From assembly GCA_965112155.1 (NCBI GenBank), contig OZ218103.1: a DNA stretch of 64,000 nucleotides; one strand, written 5' to 3'. Position numbers and translations under genes: made by a program. A model generated the notes under the pieces. It saw nothing but the letters and a program-made list of their open reading frames with translations. It searched no databases and was not told the DNA's origin. Source of the DNA: Podarcis liolepis (lineage: Eukaryota). Positions 48,373 to 61,262 of the stretch are shown piece by piece (position 1 is the first letter of the stretch; each line of letters begins with the position of its first letter).

Positions 48373-50492
48373 AATGTGCACATACCCTAGAGCAAAAGGA
48401 ACCACAGCCATTTAGTGCTGGCCACTTCTCAAGAACTTATCCTGCTGTGAGATAAACTTTGCAAGAGGCCAGTTAAAAGTTAGCCTGGATCAAGATTTAC
48501 AAATTCTAAAATATATCACACCCTCCCTAGGAAATAGCATACAATATTAGTTAGGGTGTGTATTATGTGTGTTTTAGTTTTGTGACGTATGCCTGTAGGA
48601 GTGGGATCTGAACAAATGCAAGTATTGAAATCCCTGACCTAGATTTCTTGGCTTAAATTTTCCACATGGATGAGGGTGTGGACCGCTGGGTTACGGAGTG
48701 CTGACAGTAGGCAGGAAACTATGAAGAGTGAAGCAGCTTAAATTTACTATTACAGGATTTTGAAATGTTGGCAGGCGTGAGTAATATAGCCTAAAATGCC
48801 CTGGTTTCACCTTAAAGATTAATTTGGGTTGTTTTATTCTCCTCTGAAGCCACACCCTGCTACAAACTTTTCTTTTAATGGACTTAAATAATATGCAAAA
48901 TATGCATATTCACAAGGCAGATCTTTACCTTTGATCTCTGTGGTCTGTAAACCTTCTGCCTTCTTTCTTTAAACCATACCTGTTGTTAGCGGCAAAACTT
49001 GCTGTATCTGTAATGAATTCTTTCCAGGACGTGCTATTACTGTGTGCAAGGATGTCTGCCCACAGTTCAAAGCAAATTGTTACTCACTACAGTGTAGTCA
49101 AAAAAACCCATAAGCTCAGGGGTTTGGCTCCTCTTTTACTGTGTAGGTTGATCTGCTGTCCTACTTGCTACTGTCTTGATTTTGCCCACTAGTTGGCTCC
49201 TTATCTAAAGCAAGCTGATTACACTCTCATTTTAGAGAGGAAGCAAGAAAGGAACTGATTCAGTGCTTAGATGAAAAAGAGAACCGTGGCTTTAAAAGGG
49301 TGGTGCTGTAAAAGCAAGTGTTTTTTAAACAAAGAAAACCTAAATTCTTCAAACTAAATACCAAGATTTTATATGAAAACAGAAAATCCCAATCTAGACT
49401 GTGTACACACTCCCGTTTACTTTGTATTCAGTGATTTCCCCACTTCTGGTTTGGGAAAGTAGTGTACACATGCTAGCCACAATCCATATCTACCCTGTCA
49501 TTTCCTTATGAAATGCTGTGTTTTGATCCAAATAGAGAAAAAGAACGTCTTAGTTGCATTTTAAGTCAGTAATGTGCACACAGCTTCAGTTACCACCTAG
49601 TGATTATGTCATAGTGTTAGGGTCCAATGTGCAGCAGATGGGTCATATTTACATTTTCATTTGTCTGATAAATCAGGTCTGGCAATTTATATTTGCAATA
49701 AGCACCCCTCTCCCCCCCCCAAATACATAGCGAAACTTAATTTTACCTAAAACGATAAGGATTTCATGCAAAATATTTCATCCTTCAACTTTATTCTGAC
49801 ACTGAAGCTGAGTCATCTGTAGCTGTAAACAGGGATTACACAGTGAAGGGGGGGTATTCAACTAAGTCTTACTGAGAGTAGACTTGTTGAAATTAACGAA
49901 CATAACAAGTTAGGCCCATTAATTTCGATAGGTTTACCCTGTGAAGGACTTAGTTGCTTACTATCCTGCGTTTGTAATAGCTAATCTCTCCCCCTTACCT
50001 CTCAAAAAACCAAACACCAGCTCTGTCGAAGATTTGCTGAAACAAAACCCACAATCTTACATGCAGCTGAATCAATGTGTAGTATTTATTAGCCAAATGG
50101 AACCTTGCCAGGATTCTGGGCACTCTACTCTCGTAACCTATTTTAGATTTATAAAGGTTGCCCTTATGGGATTCATAGCTAACAAAAAGAAAGCCTCAGC
50201 AAACCGGAAAGCATTTGTATTTCTTGGTATTACTGGGGATTTGGAAATGGGTGGGTCTGTTCCTCCCTTCCATGAAGACATTAGCCCGTTTAAAAAAGTC
50301 CATCGTTGCAAGAAGACAAATGATGATAGGCTATAAAAATTGCACACGGTATTTGTGTGCTGCCTTCTGCATTCCTGGATAAGAACTGTCCCATCCAATG
50401 AACTGGCACCACCTTTGCTCACTCTTTGCTACCGGACACGTTGCACTCACTGGGGGCCTCTCCCGCCTTTGCCATTCTTTGAATCACAGCCA

Positions 50493-51555
50493 GAAAAGAA
50501 GCGGTTTCTATTCTTAACTGGCACTGACTCTTTGAAATCCTTTGGTTAACAGCTTCTAAAACATAGTGGCATATTTTAGCATACTTTGTAGTTAATTTTC
50601 ATTTGTAATATTTTATTTCTTGAGGTTTAGAGGAAATTATGTTACTATGTTACTATGTTTTACAACATGGAATTTTTCTTGTATTTTATATTGAAGCTAA
50701 AGATGATGGTCTGTTTGGTTGTTAATTGTCTTATAGAACATGAAAATTTTCAGGGGTGCATGTATTTTTTAAAATTTATTATTATATTATTATTATTATT
50801 ATTATTAACAGCAACATGTGGTTAACCTAATTGAGTCTTGCCTTTGAGCTTTTGAGCCTCAGATTTGTTTACTGTGGAAAGAACAACTGGCTGTGTACAC
50901 TGTACACTTCGAATAATTTTATAATTCCCTGCTGTCAGGAGTTAAGGCAACCTTACACTAGTAGGTCAAAAATTAGAGTTTGAAAGCTTTCTGAAAAAGT
51001 TAAAGAGGCACATCTTCCTTTCCAACTTTAAACAGGATTGCCAAACCACCTCCATCAAAACAATATCCTCAACTCCACACACATTAATCTGAAGTGGTTT
51101 AATTATTTTACTTGCAACAGCAGACAAATTTCAAATAGCTTGATGCTGGAAAAGCACAACAACAGCAACAGCTTCCATCAGAGGATGTCACATTAAAATT
51201 TGGGGCAGCCTAAGTTAAAATGGATAAGATCTCAACTCAGTTGAAATTGATATCAAAGCCTAAAACAGAGAGTCCTGAAAAGAAGCGGTTTCTATTCTTA
51301 ACTGGCACTGACTCTTTGAAATCCTTTGGTTAACAGCTTCTAAAACATAGTGGCATATTTTAGCATACTTTGTAGTTAATTTTCATTTGTAATATTTTAT
51401 TTCTTGAGGTTTAGAGGAAATTATGTTACTATGTTTTACAACATGGAATTTTTCTTGTATTTTATATTGAAGCTAAAGATGATGGTCTGTTTGGTTGTTA
51501 ATTTTCTTATAGAACATGAAAATTTTCAGGGGTGCATGTATTTTTTAAAATTTAT
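50493..51555 (+). repeat. Near-identical ~280-bp direct repeat pair (50493-50779 and 51277-51555)
   Basis: The copies differ only by an 8-nt tatgttac duplication and one G/T substitution that I could find. Confidence 0.93.
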
Positions 51556-52276
51556 GATGTTTTGACCTTTGTTAAATATGATGTTTAAATATAAACTGTC
51601 CACATTAAAAAATTATTAACAATGTTTATTTCCCTAACAAAAAATGCACGTCTATGAGGTACACGCAGAGATTTTTTTCAGGAGGAACTCACCTCTCAGG
51701 TAAGTGTCATTGCAATTCTAAGAGAAAGAGGGTCAGGCAAAAATACTTGCACAACTCTATCACCTAACAGAAGGGAATCTAGACAAAACATTAACCATAT
51801 GATGCATACTTGGGCAGCAATATGCTCCAAATACACTAATGCTTTTGCAATGTAAAATATGTGCACATTTCAACATTTACACCACACCTTTATATAATTA
51901 AAATCATAATCAGATGGGGCTTACAAATAAAAATACAAAATTAAAAATAACCATAAAAATATCACAAAATAAGCAGACGTAAACATAAAAAAGCATCATG
52001 AAGGGTGTGTGTTTTTGCTAAACGTTAGCATAAAAAAACCCTATAAAGTTATGGCACAATGGTACATCTCACCAGTGTTATTAAATAAGGCAAATGGAAG
52101 CTAAGTACCCATGTGCTGGAAATGCCCCAAACAGGAAGAGATTGTTACATGGCGAGGCCCCACGCCCCACCCCCTTTCTTAGATAATGAAACACACGGAC
52201 ACCAATATTTTGGGTTAATGGGATAAATAACGCCACAACTTTATTGGTTACAGGTGTGAGAGATATTGGCTTAGGC

Positions 52277-52938
52277 CAGGGGTCAGCAACCTTTTCCAGC
52301 CATGGGCTGGTCCACTGTCCCTCAGACCATGTGGTGGGCCAGACTATATTTTTTTTGGGGGGGGGGATGAATGAATTCCTATGTTTCACAAATGACCCAG
52401 AGATGCATTTTAAATAAAAGCACACTTTCTACTCATGTAAAAACACAAGGCAGGCCCCACAAATAACCCAGAGATGCATTTTAAATAAAAGCACACATTC
52501 TACTGTGGTGTAGTGGTTAAGAGCGCAGGACTCGTAATCTGGTGAACCGGGTTCGCTTCCCCACTCCTCCACATGCAGCTGCTGGGTGACCTTGGGCCAG
52601 TCACACTTCTCTGAAGTCTCTCAGCCTCACTCACCTCACAGAGTGTTTGTCGTGGGGGAGGAAGGGAAAAGGAGATTGTTAGCCGCTTTGAGACTCCTTA
52701 AGGGGAGTGAAAGGCGGGATATCAAATCCAAACTCCTCCTCCTCCTCTTCTTCTTCTTCTCATGTAAAAACACCAGCCAGGCCCCACAAATAACCCAGAG
52801 ATGCATTTTAAATAAAAGAACACATTCTATTACATTCTATTCATGTAAAAACACGCTGATTCCCGGACCGTCCGCGGACCAGATTGAGAAGGCGATTGGG
52901 CCGCATCTGGCCCACGGGCCTTAGGTTGCCTACCCCTG
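52277..52938. mobile_element. hAT-type MITE with internal tandem repeats
   Basis: TIR caggggtcagcaacc / ggttgcctacccctg; perfect TSD gcttaggc at 52269-52276 and 52939-52946; three acccagagatgcattttaaataaaag units. Confidence 0.9.
52504..52760 (+). mobile_element. Squam3-like SINE nested in the hAT MITE
   Basis: Family sequence with (CCT)n(CTT)n tail; splits the MITE repeat unit at ctact|catgt. Confidence 0.88.
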
Positions 52939-53113
52939 GCTTAGGCATTGGAAGGGAACCGACTATATCTGACGCCTGCCCGTCATGCAGGTAGTCTCAT
53001 AAGGGTCAACCACCAGTAGGGAGAGCCCACTGCGAGCTTCCCCAGGGTCCCCGATGGGGTCATGGCATGGCCTTAGCCCATAGCCAGGCTTCACCCCCCA
53101 GTTCCTTTTAATG

Positions 53114-53250
53114 CAGTGGTTCTCAACCTGTGGGTCCCAGATGTTGTTGGACTACAACTCCCATCATCCCTGAGCTCTGGCTTTGCTAGCTAGGGGTGAT
53201 GGGAGTTGTAGTTTAACAACATCTGGGGACCCACAGGTTGAGAAAGGCTG
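53114..53250. mobile_element. Palindromic hAT-type MITE
   Basis: Long fold-back; degenerate TSD ttttaatg/ctttaacg. Confidence 0.85.
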
Positions 53251-54160
53251 CTTTAACGGAATACCCTTAAAGAGAAGGGGCAGGTGAAGCCCACAACCTC
53301 CCCTCCCATAAACCAGGTTTACCAATGCCTAACCACCAAACCTTACAAAGATGCGACGATTTCTACAAAGCAGGCGAAAACCACATGGCTGGTGCCAATT
53401 TGCCAAGTGGGAAAATTCCTACCTGGCCCCCTCAACAGGCGACCAACCATAGTCCATAACAAGGCCAAGATGGAGAACGCATGAAAATAGGGCGGGAGAG
53501 CAGGAGATCCGACGCAGGAGGAGAAAGGAGACAGTGCCCCGGTCGCGCGGGGTTCAAATCAGGTAAGCCACACACCCCCAGTCGACACGATTGGTCGGCC
53601 GTGGGGTGTGACACGGCCAGGACTCCCAATGTCACGGGAGGCATCGCCTTGCCCCCCCCCCTGTACACGGGAAGAACTAGTGGCCAGCCTGAAACTCCAA
53701 CCCCCACCCCCGGGAAGGGGAGCGGTCTTATCATATGTGGTGGGGCCATAAACTAGCAAAAAAAATAAAGAACTGGAATTTAATCAAGTGTCAACTGCAA
53801 AATATTTTAGTGTCAGTTCCTGGGAAAGGTATGCAATTCCTTGCTACAGTTACATGAATCGCTTGATAAAAATTGAGAATACAGAAAAGCCTTGTATACG
53901 GTCAAATCGGGGCTATGTGTGTGGATATTGTATCTGCAAGGATTTCAGGTTGCCAGATGGAATGACACCCTCTCTGCTTCCCCCGTAGGCTTTGGTGGGA
54001 CTTGCAGTGGAAGAAGAGGGAAGAAAGTCCTTTTGTGCAAGAGGAAAATCTTCCTCTTCCACTGACAGGACTCCTCAGGTGGATCCCGCTCGATACAAGG
54101 GTTATTCAAAACAAGAATACGATGTGAAACACCCCAATTGCAATTAATCAAGATCCATGC

Positions 54161-54296
54161 CAGGCATAGGGAAACTTGGCCCTCCAGATGTTTTGGGACT
54201 ACAATTCCCATCATCCCTGACCACTGATCCTGTTAGGTAGGGATGATGGGAGTTGTAGTCCCAAAACATCTGGAGGGCCGAATTTACCTATGCCTG
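54161..54296. mobile_element. Palindromic hAT-type MITE
   Basis: TIR caggcatagg / cctatgcctg; TSD atccatgc/atccatac. Confidence 0.88.
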
Positions 54297-54471
54297 ATCC
54301 ATACCAGGGGCTAATTTGAGATAAAAGATTCTTATCACGCTACAAGTGTTAGCAGCACAATCTTTACCATGTCTGGTCAGAAATAAATCCCATTCAGTTC
54401 AGTGGGGCTTGTACCTAGGTAAATGGGATTAGGACTCACTGTTAAGACAGTGTTCATGGAAGACAATATTA

Positions 54472-54723
54472 CAGTGGTACCTTGGTTTATGAACTTAATC
54501 CGTTCCGGAAGTCCGTTCTTAAACCAAAGCATTCTTAAACCAAGGCATGCTTTCCCATAGCAGCGGGGGACTCGATTTACAAATGGAACACGCTCAACAG
54601 GAAGCGAAGCATGTTCTTATTCCAAGACAAAGTTCACAAACCAAAACGCCTACTTCCAGGTTTCCAGCATTCTTAATCCAAGCTGTTCATAAACTAAGCT
54701 GTTCTTAAACCAAGGTACTACTG
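54472..54723. mobile_element. Tc1/mariner MITE, second subfamily
   Basis: TIR cagtggtaccttggttt / aaaccaaggtactactg with TA flanks. Confidence 0.85.
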
Positions 54724-57700
54724 TACTTGGCTAAGTCACCAAGGAAGCAACAGCAGCAGCAGCCTTAAATAGCTTATCATTGCCAGGATCTGTTCTATCT
54801 ATGTGAATAGCACCACTGCAGGTGTTAATGCAATCATTTCAGCAATGCTAAGCAAATTAATCACTAACCTGCTATTGCAAAAGCTGTGTCTATTTAACAT
54901 ACATTTAAACTCTCACTGGCTGTAATTTTTGAATCTCTTGCCATCCTACTACAAGTTTACAATTTAGTCCTCCATGCATCCAAATTGGGCTGGACTCCAC
55001 ACAACTTTATGACACCATTGAGATGTTTGTCTCTAAGGTGCCACAAGCCTCTCTGTTGTTGTTTTTTGATAAAAGTGTAGTAAGAAAAAAATGTGGGAAT
55101 TTGTCTTAATGGCTAAACTCACACATTTTGCAAGATTAAAAGGAAAGAGGAAGCAAAAAGATACACTGATCACAAACCAGTCTGTTTTAATTAATTACTG
55201 TATGACGCCTCTGACGAATGCAATATGGTTTTTCAAGCAAAAATTCATAGTGATTTAAGATCTTCTATTCATAGGTTAAAGGACTTTCTGTTAAATTGTG
55301 TTATTTTAGTATTGTAGATTTTTTTCTGATACGCATTTGTTTATGTGTATATTTGTGTATATTTTCAATTTTTGAATTTAATTCATTAATTTTAAATTTA
55401 ATAGAAAAGGAGAGGGGGGAAATTTCAGGATCATTAAAGTCCAGTTGCACGACGGCAGGCTAAAAACATGATCAAAGACATTCTCTCTTGGGAGCAGTAC
55501 AAAGATTGGAACTGTACAATCTTAAGAGCCTTTTAAAAACTGGGCAAAATAAACACCTCCGCTTAAAATTTGTACTATGCACCATAAGAAAATGCAATAA
55601 AATCAATTAACTCTGAGCCATGTACAGTTTGGGCTGTTGGCTGGTCTAAAAAAGTACTGGAAGCAAAGATTACCCAAAATCAATACTGACATTTCTAGTA
55701 ATGATAAGATGCCACCCTTTTTTCTTTTCTTTTTAGCTCCATAGTCATCTAAATAACAACAGCAAATCAGGGGTCATTATTAAGGGAGCATAACTTGTAG
55801 GAACCAGTTAATTTGTTTCCTTCACCTATTTAAGAGTTACTGAATAACCCCTTTTTTGCTTTTAGAATCTGTAAAGCTTGATGCTTTGTTTTTCTTTCAA
55901 AAAATAATAATAGCAGTCATAAGATGAAGCACAAATTTTGGTGATGCAGTAGCTGCCTTTGCTTGCACTGTTAACAAATGGAGATGCAAATATTGTCTTC
56001 CCATCTTGGCTCCTGGAGAGGCAGTTCCATTGATATGCTAATAGAGTCTTTTCTCAGATTCCTGTGACCCAAGACTGTAGAAGCTTCAGCACTGAGTATG
56101 ACCCAAGGAAGATATCACTTCTATATGGAAATTAGATATTTTTCATGATTATGGATTAGGAAACGGGCGGGTGGGAGCCAAACCTTTATAAAACACTGGA
56201 TTGATCAAAAGATGCTTTTGAGGTTAAGTAATAAAAAAATATTTATTTATTCAGTTCTCAGTCCTTGGCCAAAACGCCCCGAGCAACTAGCCATAAAAAG
56301 TACAGTGAAACTTTATCACATGAGACACTAATAAAATGAATGTTTTTCATGATTGTGTCAGTATTTCTGATTGAATCAATAGCTTGGAAAAGCTTGCTGC
56401 AATCTTAGAACCTGGCAGCTGAGATGCAGAAAGTAAAACAAAATGTAAGAAGAATAAAAGTGAAACTGAAGTGCCTTTTTAAATTTTGGTTTACACTTTT
56501 AAGCACATTTTCATGTTGTCACTGCTAATCAATACTAAACAATTCCATTCTATTCTATTTACTCTTCCCCTCATCTTATTTAATAGGTTGAAGAGTGCAA
56601 GAACTCTTTCAAGGCAACCAGGCTAGATAGTTTTAAAAACACCAACTCAACCACACAGACTAATGACAGATTACAACAATTTACCAGATAAAGGCTTAAG
56701 AAATTGGATAGGTGGGCAGTCTCTTGTATTACCATAATGGTCTTTGTTACTCTTTTAGCCTTTAGCTTTAGTTTTTCCACCTTAATATTGGGTGATTTAT
56801 TATAATTATTTTGCAGCTAAACTGTAGGAGATTGAAGGTTAATCATACTAAGAGGAGACCCATGGAAATAAATGGATTTAAGTAATTTTAAGGCCTTTGA
56901 TTTCCATGGGCCAAACTCTGGACATGACTAACTTCAGATCTCACCCTGTTCCATGTCACAAACAAGCAATTGTAAACGGCTCTGAGAATTTTATTAAAAG
57001 GTTTTATATGTGGGGTGTGTGGGTGTGGGTGTACACACACACACACACACACAAGCAGAATGTCATGCGGAAACGGCTGGGTTTCTTATTTGTTTTGTTT
57101 TTCAGAAGGAGGATGTCAGGGAGCCGGCTACGTATATAGGGAGGGAATGTATCACAAAATCCAATGCTTATTCTTATGGAAGCGGCCTGAGCATTACTTG
57201 CATATTTATTGATTTTTTTTATCGAAATAAAACAAAAGAATAAATAAATATAAATTTAAAAACATATTTCAACATCTTGAAATAAAGAAACACATACATC
57301 TGGGTTTTGCTTTTCCTTCCAAAGGATGTCAGCAAGAATAAACGTCTACCACGGTGTTGTTGTTGTTTTATCGTTTTCCCAACTGCCTTTGAAAAGCGTG
57401 TAAAACAAAAATAGCACAACTACAATTCAAATTGCTAGAAATCTCAAACAAGGGGTTTTGCCTTCTCTCCCTTTTCACCTTTGTTTATCTTTTGTCTCCA
57501 CTTCCACAGCAGATAAATCATAGCTACAATGAACACATAGGTTCACGTCTAGTGGTGGACATGCTTTCTGTATACACAATAACATGCAATTGTTATATAA
57601 GCATTTGATGATTTAATGTAATTATCTATAACCTGCTTTTTTGTTGCTAATTCATGATTTTACAACAATAACCCCACTAAGTTATATTTATAAATACAAA

Positions 57701-58890
57701 CACAAGATTCTGCATACATCTCTACTTGCTGTATTTTCTTTGATCTAATATGTTACTTAGAGCAAACTTCAGCAGTTGAGTGAGGGAAAATATTTGTATT
57801 TGCTCCTCAGCAAATCAGCTTCTTGCATTGTAGGAGAAAAAGATCGCCTCTCAACCCAAAGGAAAAAGGCATTCATATCATGTTTCTCTATAAATATGAT
57901 CAAAGAGCTAATGAGGGACTTCCTTAGCAATATACTGCCATTGCAGGAGAGGTTGGGGAGGAGGAGCCCCCCCCCCCCACGCACATGGGATGCAGCCATT
58001 ATATAAGCCTGACAACCCACTAGAGGGAATACTCTCCAGGGATTGCTATGAAAAGAGAAAAGGGGATGCATTTTTAAAGTGTGTGTGTGTGTGTAATTAT
58101 TTATTTTTGCAATCCTCATCATATGGAAATCTTAATGCAGCTTAGACAAAGCCTGAAATACTGATCGGTTCTTCCTGAAAGCTATTTTTAAGCAGGATTT
58201 GCATACCTGCTGTGCAACAATGCCCAAGCTTGGCAGCGACAAAAGCCGTACTTGAGTGATGCACATACAGATGCCACACAAGGGGCCCTTTTGAAATGTG
58301 ACATCCTGGAATGCACATGCCAAAAAACACAGCTTCACTTTTGGGGAGAATCACGCAGAGGAAATCCAGCTTAAAGAACATTAAGCACCCCACCCTTCTT
58401 CCCTTGGCTTTCTTTTTTGTTGGGTCTCCTTAAATAAGGCAGTCTTATTAGGCACTAGGGGTGCTTAAAAGCATTCACCATTTATCCATTTCCTACACTT
58501 TTCATGTAGGATTCAATTAAATCCCAGCTGTAGTTGATCAGGAGGTCTTGTACAACAAGCCCACTTGCCCAATAAAGGACACAGACTTTTTGAGATAAGG
58601 AAAGTGATGGGAAGATAGACTAGATTCTAGAAAGATAACACTTGCTTTGATGCAACACCTCCTGCAAACAAATTGGAGTGTTCGTTCTGAGTGTTCAGAG
58701 CGTTCACTCAACAAACTGGGCATCTGGAAGTGTCAAAGATCTCACTATAAATGTACATTTCAAAAAGCAAGTAAGATGGTGCGCATGTGTGAAAAAGACA
58801 TGGGAAGAGCAAAGGAAGAAAAGTGTGTCCTCCTGCATATGCCTATATATCAATGAGGGGTGGGGAGAGAAAGGCACACTGACTTGAAAT

Positions 58891-59382
58891 TGTTGTTGTT
58901 TAGTCGTTTAGTCGTGTCCGACTCTTTGTGACCCCATGGACCAGAGCACACCAGGCACTCCTGTCTTCCACTGCCTCCCGCAGTTTAGTCAAACTCATGC
59001 TGGTAGCTTCGAGAACACTATCCAACCATCTCGTCCTCTGTCGTCCCCTTCTCCGTGTGCCCTCCATCTTTCCCAACATCAGGGTCTTTTCCAGGGAGTC
59101 TTCTCTTCTCATGAGGTGGCCAAAGTATTGGAGCCTCAGCTTCAGGATCTGTCCTTCCAGTGAGCACTCAGGGTTGATTTCCTTAAGAATGGAGAGGTTT
59201 GATCTTCTTGCAGTCCATGGGACTCTCAAGAGTCTCCTCCAGCACCATAATTCAAAAGCATCCATTCTTCGCCGTTCAGCCTTCTTTATGGTCCAGCTTT
59301 CACTTCCGTATATCACTACTGGAAAAACCATAGCTTTAACTATACGGACCTTTGTTGGCAAGGTGATGTCTCTGCTTTTTAA
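58891..59382 (-). mobile_element. BovB 3' fragment with uninterrupted reading frame
   Basis: ORF 58900-59421 (-) LKSRDITLPTKVRIVKAMVFPVV...HGVTKSRTRLND*; (CAA)n tail; TSD gacttgaaat at 58881-58890 and 59383-59392. Confidence 0.95.
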
Positions 59383-59515
59383 GACTTGAAATACCCAAGA
59401 ATAATTCTGTTCCAACAACACATTGCCAAAAATAGTTTATAAATCTGAGCTCCTCCGGGTATTGTTCCGTACGCTCCTGAAAGCCAACCTGTACATCACC
59501 TCACTTACACTGCCA

Positions 59516-59662
59516 CATAGAATCACATAATTTTAGAGTTGGAAAGACCCCAAGGATCATCTAGTCCAACCCTCTGCAATGCAAAAATCTTTTGCTTGAT
59601 GTGGAGCTTGAACCCATGACCCTGAGATTAAGAGCCTCATATTCTACCAACTGAGCTATCCC
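59516..59662 (-). mobile_element. tRNA-Lys(CTT)-derived SINE with CR1-type 3' end (P.s.1/SINE-like)
   Basis: Minus strand gggatagctcagttggtaga...ctcttaatctcagggtcatgggttcaag, then ggttggactagatgatcc...gattctatg (CR1 tail); ccacatag at both flanks. Confidence 0.8.
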
Positions 59663-60689
59663 ACATAGGAGTGACTTACTTCTTCAGTATCGCTTGCTAG
59701 CTCCCATGTTTAGCCTTTTCGCACATCTGCAGAGACCATCATGCAGAATCCCTTATACTTCTGGGTCAAGATGTGAAACTATAAGGTGGGGTAAAGGGGG
59801 GAAAAAACCCTCACTCATCACTTCTAGATTATCTCTTTATTGAGCATTCATCGCATTGACTGTGGCCCTGCCCTCCCTGCACTGACATTTCAGAGTTAAA
59901 TCTCTTGCCACAGTAAGAGAGGGTGCAGAAACCCAATATTTGGCTTCAGCATGTCTGAACAACATGCTGGGACAGTGTGTCTCACGACATAATATCAGGA
60001 AGATAGGGAAAGTGTCTCATGACATAAAATCAGGAGAGTCCATGGCAAATAGAGGAAGCTGGAGTATCTACTGCATTCATTATGATTAATGGCACAGGAG
60101 CACAGACAGTTAAAAACAACAACACGTGCTAGCCCTAGAAGCAATTAAAAGTTTTAAAGCATTAGGTGTTCAAGAAGGATCTGTCAATTTAAAACAGGGA
60201 GAGCAACCTGACTTGAAAGTGAACGATGAACAGAATTGTCAGTTCCACCGATTGTCACTGCAGTTCCATGTGTCAAAATCACTGGTGACATTTGGGTGTG
60301 AAGGATCCTGCACATTAATCCCAGTCATGTATGCATTTGTTTGCTGAATTCATATCCCACCCTTCCTCACAAACAATCACAAAGTGATGCAAACAATAGT
60401 AACCGCTAAATAGTAATGTTAAAACTTTAAAAAGCTTTTACATCCCACAATAATAAATCAACCCTAACCTCACCTCCTCACGAGTACTCCCTACAAAATA
60501 CCTCCTGGACAAAGAGGTAAGTTTTGTAGGAGGTGCCTAAAACTTACCAGAGTCAGCACCAGTTTTGATTGTGGGTAGAGAGTACTCCAAAGCCAGGCGA
60601 CCACCATGGAAAGGCCTTCGCCTGTGTAGCTGAACAATGTACATTGTCCAGGGATGGAACCACAGAAGAACTTAAAGCCCAGGCAGGAT

Positions 60690-60936
60690 GAAGAAGAAGA
60701 GTTTGGATTTGATATCCCGCTTTATCACTACCCGAAGGAGTCTCAAAGCGGCTAACATTCTCCTTTCCCTTCCTCCCCCACAACAAACACTCTGTGAGGT
60801 GAGTGAGGCTGAGAGACTTCAGAGAAGTGTGACTGGCCCAAGGTCACCCAGCAGCTGCATGTGGAGGAGCGGAGACGCGAACCCGGTTCCCCAGATTACG
60901 AGTCTATCGCTCTTAACCACTACACCACACTGGCTC
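60690..60936 (-). mobile_element. Squam3-like SINE
   Basis: Reverse complement of the 17316/52504 family. Confidence 0.88.
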
Positions 60937-61164
60937 TGTATGATAATAATAGGGAGAGGCATTTCTTCATATACCTTGGTCCTAAGCCACTTAGGGACTT
61001 ACATAATATTACTCACACCAAAGAACATTGTGTTAAGAATGTAAGAAGAATCTTGCTGGATCGGGTCAAAGGAGCACCAGTTCCAGCTTCCTGTTCTCAC
61101 AGTGGCCAACCAGATACTTAAGGAATTCACTTAAGCAGAACCTGAGTTCAACACTTTTTAAAAT

Positions 61165-61262
61165 GTATTTTAATGTAGTATCTTTGTTGGAAGCCGCCCA
61201 GAGTGGCTGGGGAAGCCCAGCCAGATGGGCGGGGTACAAATAATAAATTATTATATTGTTAT
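61165..61262 (+). mobile_element. L2 extreme 3' end
   Basis: gaagccgcccagagtggctgggg...gggcggggtacaaataataaattatta. Confidence 0.7.

Larger units (their letters stand above)
52143..53752 (-). mobile_element. LTR-like remnant (possibly DIRS/Ngaro tyrosine-recombinase or LTR retroelement) hosting three nested insertions
   Basis: GC/CpG-rich block with sharp edges; minus-strand CCAAT and aataaagttgtggc; ends ...gtaaca on the minus strand; no TSD found. Confidence 0.5.

Noticed and set aside
52390-52860. Regularly spaced direct repeats superficially like a CRISPR array
   Set aside because: Vertebrate DNA; the spacers are also repeated and the array lies within a hAT MITE.
53480-53720. CpG-rich patch as a possible host gene promoter (e.g. 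ZNF217)
   Set aside because: It lies inside a sharply bounded repeat-like block, is short, and has no downstream exon; no zinc-finger coding sequence occurs in the window.
58928-59389. Plus-strand ORFs over the BovB copies (also at 143-590 and 19808-20102)
   Set aside because: Antisense shadows of the BovB RT coding frame.
59594-59662. tRNA-Lys(CTT)-like sequence on the minus strand
   Set aside because: Acceptor and anticodon stems are degraded and it is fused to a CR1-type tail, so it is a SINE head and not a tRNA gene.
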